Assembly (NCBI RefSeq): GCF_000195755.1
Contig: NC_002937.3
Location: 3,420,001-3,452,000, forward strand
Origin: Nitratidesulfovibrio vulgaris str. Hildenborough
Lineage (GTDB): Bacteria; Desulfobacterota; Desulfovibrionia; Desulfovibrionales; Desulfovibrionaceae
Length of the DNA: 32,000 bases
Direction: 5' to 3'
The translations under genes and the position numbers were made by a program. The notes under the pieces were generated by a model. The model was not told where the DNA came from. It did no database searches and was given only the letters and a program-made list of their open reading frames with translations. Numbering within the stretch: the stretch's first letter is position 1; each line of letters begins with the position of its first letter. Of this stretch, positions 16,978 through 24,525 are shown one piece after another.

Positions 16978-18816
16978 ATGCAGATACTTCATACCGACCT
17001 TCTGTGCATCGGGGCGGGCCTCGCCGGAGAACGCTGTGCCATCGAGGTGGCAGGGGCCGGACATTCCGTGGTGTGCATAAGCCTCGTGCCCGCGCGCCGT
17101 TCGCATTCGGTGGCGGCGCAGGGCGGCATGCAGGCGGCCCTCGGCAACGCCATCATGGGCGACGGAGACAGCCCCGACGTCCATTTCGCCGACACGGTCA
17201 AGGGTTCCGACTGGGGGGCCGACCAGGAGGTGGCCCGCATGTTCGTCGAGGCAGCCCCCATCGAGATGCGACGCCTCGCCCACTGGGGCGTACCGTGGAA
17301 CCGGGTTGTGGCGGGGACGCACACCTACTGGAAGGGCGGCAAACCCTTCGAGGCCACAGAGAAGACCGAGAACCACGGGCTCATCCACTCCCGCGCCTTC
17401 GGCGGTACGGCCAAGTGGCGCACCTGCTACGCCTCCGACGGGGCGGGCCACGCCGTGCTCTACACCATGGACAACCGTGCCGCCCAACTGGGCGTCACAG
17501 TGCATGACAGGTCGGAGGCGGTGTCGCTCATCCACGACGGGCACACCTGCTTCGGCGCCGTGGTGCGCTGCCTGCGGACGGGTGCGCTGCGCGCCTATCT
17601 CGCACGGGCCACGCTCATCGCCTCGGGCGGGTACGGGCGCATCTACCGCGCCTCCACCAACGCCATCATCTGCGAAGGCACGGGCCTCTCCATCGCCCTC
17701 GATACCGGCGTGGTACCCCTCGGCAACATGGAGGCCGTGCAATTCCACCCCACGGGCACCGTGCCCACCGACATCCTCGTCACCGAAGGCTGCCGGGGCG
17801 ACGGCGGCACACTCCTCGACCGCGAGGAGTACCGCTTCATGCCCGACTACGAGCCGGACAAGGCCGAACTCGCCTCTCGTGACGTCGTGTCGCGCCGCAT
17901 GATCGAACACATGCGCAAGGGACTCGGCGTGGAAGGGCCCTATGGCGAACACCTGTGGCTCGACATCCGCCACCTCGGTGAAGCCCACATCCGCACCAAG
18001 CTGCGCGAGGTGGACGAAATCTGCCAGAACTTCCTCGGCATCGACCCCCTGTACCAGCTCATCCCCGTGCGGCCCACGCAACACTACAGCATGGGCGGCG
18101 TACGCACCGACAAGACCGGCGCGGCCTACGGCCTCGCCGGACTGTTCAGCGCCGGTGAATCGGCCTGCTGGGACCTGCACGGCTTCAACCGGCTTGGCGG
18201 CAACTCCCTTGCCGAGACGGTGGTGGCTGGCGGCATCGTCGGACGCAACATCGCCGCCTTCCTCGACGGCTACGACGTGAGCTTTCCCACCGCGCCCGTC
18301 CGCGAAGCCCTCAAGCGTGCCGAAGAGCGCGTCGTGCGCCTCATCGCGGGCAGCGACGGCAAGGAGAGCGTCTACGCCGTCCGCGAGGCCATGTACGACG
18401 TGCTGGAGAAGGCCGCCTACGTCTTCCGCAACGGCACCGACCTCGCATGGGGTGTGCGTGAACTCGAGGCCCTGCAGGAGAGGGCCGCGCACATCGGCCT
18501 GAAGAGCTCCGGTTCCGGGGCCAACGCCGAACTCGCCCTCGCCCTGCGCCTGCCCGGCATGGTGCGCCTCGCCCAGTGCGTCTGCCACGGGGCGCTCGAG
18601 CGCACCGAAAGCCGCGGTTCGCACTGCCGCGAAGACTATCCAGAACGCAACGACCGCGACTGGCTGAACCGCACCCTCGCCACATGGCAGGAGGGGGCCA
18701 CCCTGCCCACGCTGACCTATGAACCCGCGACCGCCGTCTTCGAACTGCCCCCCGGCGACAGGGGCTACGGCGGCGGAAAAGTCATCGCCGCCACCACTTC
18801 CGAGGAGGCCGTCTAG
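16978..18816 (+). CDS. frdA: Fumarate reductase / succinate dehydrogenase flavoprotein subunit
   Basis: The N-terminal FAD fold is DLLCIGAGLAGERCA. The covalent-FAD His region is RSHSVAAQGG. HPTG, the catalytic region and the 612-aa length also fit. The RBS is AGGAGA. Confidence 0.95.
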   Translation: MQILHTDLLCIGAGLAGERCAIEVAGAGHSVVCISLVPARRSHSVAAQGGMQAALGNAIMGDGDSPDVHFADTVKGSDWGADQEVARMFVEAAPIEMRRLAHWGVPWNRVVAGTHTYWKGGKPFEATEKTENHGLIHSRAFGGTAKWRTCYASDGAGHAVLYTMDNRAAQLGVTVHDRSEAVSLIHDGHTCFGAVVRCLRTGALRAYLARATLIASGGYGRIYRASTNAIICEGTGLSIALDTGVVPLGNMEAVQFHPTGTVPTDILVTEGCRGDGGTLLDREEYRFMPDYEPDKAELASRDVVSRRMIEHMRKGLGVEGPYGEHLWLDIRHLGEAHIRTKLREVDEICQNFLGIDPLYQLIPVRPTQHYSMGGVRTDKTGAAYGLAGLFSAGESACWDLHGFNRLGGNSLAETVVAGGIVGRNIAAFLDGYDVSFPTAPVREALKRAEERVVRLIAGSDGKESVYAVREAMYDVLEKAAYVFRNGTDLAWGVRELEALQERAAHIGLKSSGSGANAELALALRLPGMVRLAQCVCHGALERTESRGSHCREDYPERNDRDWLNRTLATWQEGATLPTLTYEPATAVFELPPGDRGYGGGKVIAATTSEEAV

Positions 18817-18818
18817 CC

Positions 18819-19562
18819 ATGGGCCGCACGCTCGTCTTCAACATCTTCCGCCACGACCCGCAGGATGCCGTCTCCACACCGCGCATGGACACGTTCAGGT
18901 TGCAGGAGACCGACCGGATGACGCTGTTCATCGCCCTGCACCGCCTGCGCGAGGAACAGGACCCGTCACTCAAGTTCGACTTCTGCTGTCGCGCCGGGGT
19001 CTGCGGCTCATGCGCCATGGTCATCAACGGGCGTCCGGGGCTGGCCTGTCACACCAAGACCCGCGACCTGCCCGACACCATCACGCTGCTACCGCTGCCC
19101 GTCTTCAAGCTGGTAGGCGACCTCGCCGTGGATACGGGCACATGGTTCCGCGCCATGTACCAGCGCACCGAATCGTGGGTGCACACCTCCGTGCCCTTCG
19201 ATGAACATGCAGCCGAAGCGCGCATGGAGAATGAGACCGCCAACGCCATCTACGAACTCGACCGCTGCATCGAATGCGGTTGCTGCGTGGCGGCGTGCGG
19301 TACCGCCAACATGCGGCCCGACTTCCTCGCCCCGGCGGGCTTCCTGCGCGTGGCGCGCTTTCTGGCCGACCCGCGCGACGAACGAGACCTCAACGCCTAT
19401 TACGAACTCATCGGCACCGAGGACGGCATCTTCGGCTGCATGGGGCTGCTTGCCTGCGAAGACGTCTGCCCGAAGCACCTGCCGCTGCAGAACCAGCTTG
19501 GCTACCTGCGACGCAAACTGGGCATAACCGCCATCCGCCGCTTGCTGCCCTTCGCGAAATAG
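18819..19562 (+). CDS. frdB: Fumarate reductase iron-sulfur subunit
   Basis: Cys clusters are present for 2Fe-2S (CCRAGVCGSCAM), 4Fe-4S (CIECGCCVAAC) and 3Fe-4S (CMGLLACEDVCP). The start is 3 nt after the frdA stop. Confidence 0.93.
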   Translation: MGRTLVFNIFRHDPQDAVSTPRMDTFRLQETDRMTLFIALHRLREEQDPSLKFDFCCRAGVCGSCAMVINGRPGLACHTKTRDLPDTITLLPLPVFKLVGDLAVDTGTWFRAMYQRTESWVHTSVPFDEHAAEARMENETANAIYELDRCIECGCCVAACGTANMRPDFLAPAGFLRVARFLADPRDERDLNAYYELIGTEDGIFGCMGLLACEDVCPKHLPLQNQLGYLRRKLGITAIRRLLPFAK

Positions 19563-19947
19563 GCGAAACCACAGGGCGCGCCGTCGCGGCGCAACACGCG
19601 GGTGACGCATCGCCCGCACAGACGTTTCGGACACCATGACGCCACGGCGCATCCCGCCGTCATATGTCGTGCCGCCAGCGGCATCCGGTGCATCAAGCGG
19701 CACCGGGGCAGCCCGCAGCGAGAGGGCGCAGTGACCGGATGGCGCAAGGCGTCGCCGTGGCGTAGACTCCGTCGCCCGTCCGCCCTGTGGATTGTGACAG
19801 ATTCGGCCAGAAGCGCAGGGAATCGCGGGGAGTAGCCGGAAGGTCACTCACCCGACACGAAGCCCGCACTGCCGGGCACGATGCCGTCCTGCATGAAGCT
19901 TTTTCCGGGGCGAGGCGGCGCACGCAGACTGCCAGCAAGGAGCGAAC

Positions 19948-20787
19948 ATGCGGAAGATTCCCGCCAAGGATGTCATCGAGGCGGTGGCCCGCCTTTGTAC
20001 CGGGTGCAATCATCACCTGCCGGGTGATGTGCGCGCGGCCTTCGAACGCGCCCACGCCGCCGAAACGGACGACGTACCCCGCGAGGTGTTCCGGCAACTG
20101 CTGGAGAATGCCGACCTCGCTGCCAACTCCGCCCTACCCCTGTGTCAGGACACGGGCCTTGCGGTCTTCTTCGTGGAGATGGGCGAGGGATGCCGGGTCG
20201 ACGGACTCGCCCTGCGCGAGGCCATCACCGAAGGCGTACGGAAGGGCTACGGCGAAGGCCACCTGCGCAAGTCGTCGTGCGACCCCTTCTCCCGCGCCAA
20301 CACGGGCGACAACACCCCCGCCATCATCCATATCGACCTCGTCCCCGGCGACAGGCTGCACATCGCCTTCATGGCCAAGGGGGGAGGCAGCGAGAACATG
20401 TCGCGCGTGACGATGCTTGCCCCCGCACAGGGTTGGAAGGGCATTCGCGACTTCGTGGTACGTCGCGTGGCCGAAGCGGGCCCCAACCCCTGCCCCCCGG
20501 TGCTGGTGGGCGTGGGCGTGGGCGGTACCTTCGAATATGCCGCCATGCTTTCCAAGAAGGCCCTGCTGCGTAACGTGGATGATGTCCACCCCGATGCAGC
20601 CCTTGCCGCACGTGAGGCTGAACTTCTCGATGCCATCAACGCTCTCGGCATCGGCCCCATGGGACTTGGCGGCCGCACCACCTGTCTTGCCGTGAAAATG
20701 GCCGTGGCCCCGTGCCATCTTGCCAGCCTGCCGCTGGCCGTGAACATCCAGTGCCATTCGGCCCGCCACGGGGAGGTGACGCTCTGA
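19948..20787 (+). CDS. Class I (Fe-S) fumarate/tartrate hydro-lyase, alpha subunit (N-terminal domain type)
   Basis: PLCQDTG, KGGGSENMS and the 279-aa size match the Fe-S hydro-lyase alpha family. AAGGAG lies 5 nt upstream of the ATG. Confidence 0.88.
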   Translation: MRKIPAKDVIEAVARLCTGCNHHLPGDVRAAFERAHAAETDDVPREVFRQLLENADLAANSALPLCQDTGLAVFFVEMGEGCRVDGLALREAITEGVRKGYGEGHLRKSSCDPFSRANTGDNTPAIIHIDLVPGDRLHIAFMAKGGGSENMSRVTMLAPAQGWKGIRDFVVRRVAEAGPNPCPPVLVGVGVGGTFEYAAMLSKKALLRNVDDVHPDAALAAREAELLDAINALGIGPMGLGGRTTCLAVKMAVAPCHLASLPLAVNIQCHSARHGEVTL

Positions 20788-21338
20788 TGCCCGTCCATCA
20801 CCTGACGACCCCTCTCACCGACACCGCCGTGGACGCACTGCGCAGCGGTGACGTGATATTGCTCTCCGGCACCATCTACACCGCCCGTGACGCAGCCCAC
20901 CGCCGCCTGTGCGACGCCCTCGACAGGGGCGAACAGCCGCCCTTCGACCTGCGGGGGGCCGTCATCTACTACGTGGGGCCCAGCCCCGCCCCGCCCGGAC
21001 ATCCCATCGGGGCGGCAGGCCCGACCACCAGCTACCGCATGGACAGCTACGCGCCGCGCCTGCACGCGCTGGGACTCAAGGCCACCATCGGCAAGGGGCG
21101 ACGTCACGCCACGGTGCGCAAGGCCCTCTCCGAACATACCGCCGTCTACTTCGGTGCCACCGGGGGCGCAGGCGCGCTTCTGGCGCAGCGCATCACCGCC
21201 GCGCGGGTCATCGCCTACGACGACCTCGGCCCCGAGGCCATCCGTGAACTGACCGTGCAGGACTTTCCGCTGCTGGTCATCAACGACGCCCACGGGGGCG
21301 AGTTGTACGTGACCCCGCAGTTGCCCGAAGGGGACTAG
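20787..21338 (+). CDS. Class I (Fe-S) fumarate/tartrate hydro-lyase, beta subunit
   Basis: The ATG shares its A with the alpha-subunit TGA (TGATG), and GGGAGGTGA lies upstream. GTIYTARDAAH and GPTTSYRMD are typical of the beta subunit. The 25-codon upstream extension in the track is not needed. Confidence 0.88.
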   Translation: MPVHHLTTPLTDTAVDALRSGDVILLSGTIYTARDAAHRRLCDALDRGEQPPFDLRGAVIYYVGPSPAPPGHPIGAAGPTTSYRMDSYAPRLHALGLKATIGKGRRHATVRKALSEHTAVYFGATGGAGALLAQRITAARVIAYDDLGPEAIRELTVQDFPLLVINDAHGGELYVTPQLPEGD

Positions 21339-21377
21339 CAGCCGACACCGCACGGACGCACGACAACAGGACAAGCG

Positions 21378-21407
21378 AAGCCCCTGACCGCATGGCAGGG
21401 GCTTTTC
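21378..21407 (+). terminator. Rho-independent terminator after the fumarase genes
   Basis: AAGCCCCTG-ACCGCATGG-CAGGGGCTT followed by TTTCCTC. Confidence 0.75.
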
Positions 21408-21601
21408 CTCTGGCAGACTCTCAGGGCCGGGTCTCACGGCGACGTCACGCGATACCGGGTGCAGGCAGGGGCAACCGGGGATGGCCGAAGGCAGGCGCAG
21501 GCACGCGGGGCAACCGGATGCCGACGGAGTCGCTGCCTCAAGGCGGCGGCAACGCAAGGCAGGCAACGCAGGCTATACGATGGGCAGGGCTACACGCGAT
21601 A

Positions 21602-22393
21602 TCAGGGGTCTGTCCCGTCACACCCCGAAGGGTCGACACCTTCACGCGCGAGAAGACTGCAGGCCGTCTCATTGAATCTATCGAGGAAGCCCGGATGCGC
21701 CTCGAGATACGCCTTCGAGAAATAGACCCCCACCGGCTTGTCCACATAGGGCACGAGGCGGTATCGCCCTAGCAGGCCGCGCCGCGAAAGCTCTTCGCGG
21801 ATACCGAGGTGCCCGCCCAGTGCGGCGTCGATGCGCCCGGCATCGAGAAAGGAGATGAGGGCCTCGTAATCATCCGGCGGGACGGGGCTGACCCGGAAAC
21901 CACCCGACTCCAGCCATGCCTGCATGTTCGACCCCTTGAAGGCCGAGACACGGGCCTCGGCCATGAAAGCCGCCGTCCCGGGTTCGAAGCTGCTGTCCTT
22001 GGGCAACGCCCAGGTCCAGCGCTGTGCGGCGAGAGGGGTCGAAAGAACCAGCGAGATGTCGCGCCGTTCGGACTGCGACGCAGCAAAGAAGCCATCCGCG
22101 TGGCCGGAAAGGGTCATGGCCTGCGCCCGTTTCCATGGATACGGCTTTATCGTGAACGCAACGCCCATCTGCTGCAGCACCTTGCGCACGATGTCCGTCA
22201 CCGTCCCCTCCACTGCCCCCCCGGACGTCACCACCACATAGGGAGGCTGATGTTCGGTGACAAGCCGCAGCACATCAGCCCCCTGCGCCGCCGCCCACGA
22301 AGGCAAGACAAGCAGCACCACGCCCGCAAGAAGCAGACTGGCAAGGCAGCATCGCATGGCGCGCAGGGCCGTTTCGGGTCTCACTCTTGGCAT
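21602..22393 (-). CDS. Periplasmic solute-binding protein, family 3 (amino-acid ABC-type SBP)
   Basis: It has a signal peptide (MRCCLASLLLAGVVLLVLPSWAAAQG), and LRLVTEHQPPY...KPYPWKRAQ...ADGFFAASQSERR fits SBP_bac_3. The start is ambiguous (GTG 22414, ATG 22393, ATG 22357) and none has a good SD. No permease or ATPase gene is adjacent. Confidence 0.75.
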   Translation of the reverse strand: MPRVRPETALRAMRCCLASLLLAGVVLLVLPSWAAAQGADVLRLVTEHQPPYVVVTSGGAVEGTVTDIVRKVLQQMGVAFTIKPYPWKRAQAMTLSGHADGFFAASQSERRDISLVLSTPLAAQRWTWALPKDSSFEPGTAAFMAEARVSAFKGSNMQAWLESGGFRVSPVPPDDYEALISFLDAGRIDAALGGHLGIREELSRRGLLGRYRLVPYVDKPVGVYFSKAYLEAHPGFLDRFNETACSLLAREGVDPSGCDGTDP

Positions 22394-22443
22394 GGCCCAG
22401 CATAACAGGCTCACGGCAGGCCTTCAAACGATTAGAATCACGG

Positions 22444-23055
22444 ATGCCCTCGCAAGCAGTGTTGCCCCTCCCCGTGCGACTGGCACTTGCTTTCGCCTTC
22501 GGGCTTGGCTACGAGTCGACCATGGGTCGTGATGCATCCACTCCATGCGCGCCTCGCGTCGTCCTGCGCCTATGCCGGGACATGGGCAGACGCCTGCACC
22601 GCTACCTGTTCAGGGTGGCCCCCCTGCCGCACGCCACAGGCGGGGCTTCGGCTGTCATCGGCACCGGGCTGCTGACTGCGGGACTCGACATCCTCTCCGA
22701 AGGGGCTGCCGTCGCATGGGCCTGTCTGCTGCCAGCCACGGGCTGGTACGGGCTTGCCCTGCTGTGCTGCGCCGACGGGTACAGCCGCTACCGCGAATAC
22801 CAGAGACTCAAGCGCATCTTCGGTCGCCGGGGGTATTCACCGCGGCTGCTGCGGCCCGTGGCCTCCTCCCGTTGCCAGCGTGACGCCGCCCTGCAAGCCG
22901 CCCACGACCTCGGACATGGCGAGTGCGCCCGGCGCTATTTCCGTTCGCTGGGCTACCGCTGGTACCATCTCCTGCCTGACAGGGTCGTCGACAACCCCCT
23001 CCGGTTCTTCGACATCGACTTCCTTCGCACCACGTTTCTCCCCAGCAGGAAGTAG
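22444..23055 (+). CDS. Hypothetical small membrane protein; start uncertain
   Basis: The 3' two-thirds has strong G/C-ending codon bias. Two predicted TM helices are present (AVIGTGLLTAGLDIL and WYGLALLCCADGY), followed by a basic C-terminal domain. Candidate starts are 22387 (TTG), 22444, 22522 and 22582 (ATG). Confidence 0.5.
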   Translation: MPSQAVLPLPVRLALAFAFGLGYESTMGRDASTPCAPRVVLRLCRDMGRRLHRYLFRVAPLPHATGGASAVIGTGLLTAGLDILSEGAAVAWACLLPATGWYGLALLCCADGYSRYREYQRLKRIFGRRGYSPRLLRPVASSRCQRDAALQAAHDLGHGECARRYFRSLGYRWYHLLPDRVVDNPLRFFDIDFLRTTFLPSRK

Positions 23056-23135
23056 CCGCCGCCCTTGAGACATGGTAGCCTGACAGCGTCCCGGACTCTC
23101 ACGGACTCCCGCAGGCCCCAACAATGAGGACGAAC

Positions 23136-24398
23136 ATGCGGTACACCTATCAGCACCCCGACTTCGACGCCCCCGCCCTGCGTGCCGCGCCCCTGACCCG
23201 TTTCGCCCCCGGCCCCGCCGATGGCGTGGCCCCCGGCGGCTACCATGCCACATCCATCTTTCCCGAGTACCTGCACGTTGAACAGGGGCGCTGGGTACTC
23301 CTCGAACGCTCGCGCATGGACTGCGTCATACGCCAGAATCCCGACGGCACGCTGGAAGTCGTCGAATTCCGCAGGCTCAAGGCGGGCGACCTCGTGGCCC
23401 TCGGGCGCGGTGAACACGCCGAAGAGGGCATCCTCGTGCACCCTGCCGGATTCTCCGCGTCGGCATCCGACGAAGAGACCGGACCGGACGCGACACCCCG
23501 TGCGCCGACCTCGCCCCCGTGCGGGCGCTGCGGCGACGCCTCCGTCCCGGCGTCCGCCGTGCCCCCCGGGTCTCCCGCGTCCACACAGGAACAGCCCTTC
23601 GCCTTTCGCACCGGCATCAGCCGCGAGACGTCGTTCTCCATCGACTACGACACGCTCTATGAAATCCTGCGCCATGACCGGGAGAACGGATTCATCGTGT
23701 GGGTGGCGGGGCCTGCTGTGGTCTTCGACGCCGACGCCCGCAACGCCTTCGCCAGCCTTGTCGAACAGGGCTATGTCCACGCCCTGCTTGCCGGAAACGC
23801 CCTCGCCACGCATGACATGGAAGGCGCACTCTACGGTACGGCGCTTGGACAGGGCATCTACCACAAACGACAGGCACCCATGGGGCACTATCACCACCTC
23901 GACTGCATCAACGCAGTGCGCGAGGCGGGCGGCATCGCCGCCGCCGTGCGCTCCGGACTCATCCGCGACGGTGTGATGCATGCGGTGGTGAAGTACGGCG
24001 TTCCCTTCGTGCTGGCGGGTTCCATCCGCGACGACGGCCCACTGCCCGATGTCATCCCTGACGTCTATGACGCGCAGGACGCCATGCGCCAGCTGGTGTC
24101 ACGCGCAACCACGGTGGTGGCGCTTGCGACCCAGTTGCACACCATCGCCACAGGCAACATGACGCCGTCGTATCAGGTACTCGAAGACGGCGGGGTACGC
24201 CCCGTGCACTTCTTCGTCGTGGACATGTCCGAATTCGCCGCGGGCAAGCTGGCCGACCGTGGTTCGCTTTCGGCACGTGCCATTCTCACCAACGTGCAGG
24301 ACTTCGTTGTCAACGTCACCCGCGCCCTTTCCCCGTCGAAACCCCTTCCGCGCACGCAGGAGAATGCGTGCCCGAAAGGGGCTGAACCTGCGAAATAA
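23136..24398 (+). CDS. TIGR00300-like protein (LOR/SDH-associated, deoxyhypusine-synthase-like fold; related proteins are reported as ornithine cyclodeaminase-type enzymes)
   Basis: The C-terminal 260 aa (IVWVAGPAVVFD, LLAGNALATHD, LAGSIRDDGPLPDV) match my recollection of the TIGR00300 family. GAGGA lies 5 nt before the ATG at 23136. The track ORF starts 4 codons earlier. Confidence 0.65.
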   Translation: MRYTYQHPDFDAPALRAAPLTRFAPGPADGVAPGGYHATSIFPEYLHVEQGRWVLLERSRMDCVIRQNPDGTLEVVEFRRLKAGDLVALGRGEHAEEGILVHPAGFSASASDEETGPDATPRAPTSPPCGRCGDASVPASAVPPGSPASTQEQPFAFRTGISRETSFSIDYDTLYEILRHDRENGFIVWVAGPAVVFDADARNAFASLVEQGYVHALLAGNALATHDMEGALYGTALGQGIYHKRQAPMGHYHHLDCINAVREAGGIAAAVRSGLIRDGVMHAVVKYGVPFVLAGSIRDDGPLPDVIPDVYDAQDAMRQLVSRATTVVALATQLHTIATGNMTPSYQVLEDGGVRPVHFFVVDMSEFAAGKLADRGSLSARAILTNVQDFVVNVTRALSPSKPLPRTQENACPKGAEPAK

Positions 24399-24525
24399 TC
24401 CGCTTCCGAAACCATTCTCCAAGGTGTACGGTCATACTACTGTTTTATAGGGCACCGCCCGCTACAGATACCCGTATGTAGTACAGCCGCACGCCATTGC
24501 TGGCTCTTTTCCGGAGGTCGGGTCC

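Noticed and set aside
16864-18624. 586-aa minus-strand ORF antisense to frdA
   Set aside because: It lies fully inside the flavoprotein gene, whose FAD and catalytic motifs are unambiguous. The antisense product is low-complexity (G/A/V/H/E).
20247-21566. 439-aa minus-strand ORF antisense to both fumarase subunit genes
   Set aside because: It is a shadow ORF. The plus-strand genes have RBSs, a TGATG junction and family motifs.
21461-21573. Possible CRISPR-like or tandem-repeat array in the GCAGGC-rich tract
   Set aside because: The repeat units are only 6-11 nt and irregularly spaced. There are no 25-40-nt repeats or unique spacers, and no cas genes are in the window.
22415-22445. Sigma54-like element GGGCAACACTGCTTGC upstream of the solute-binding-protein gene (minus strand)
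   Set aside because: The GG-to-GC spacing is one base longer than the strictly conserved -24/-12 spacing.
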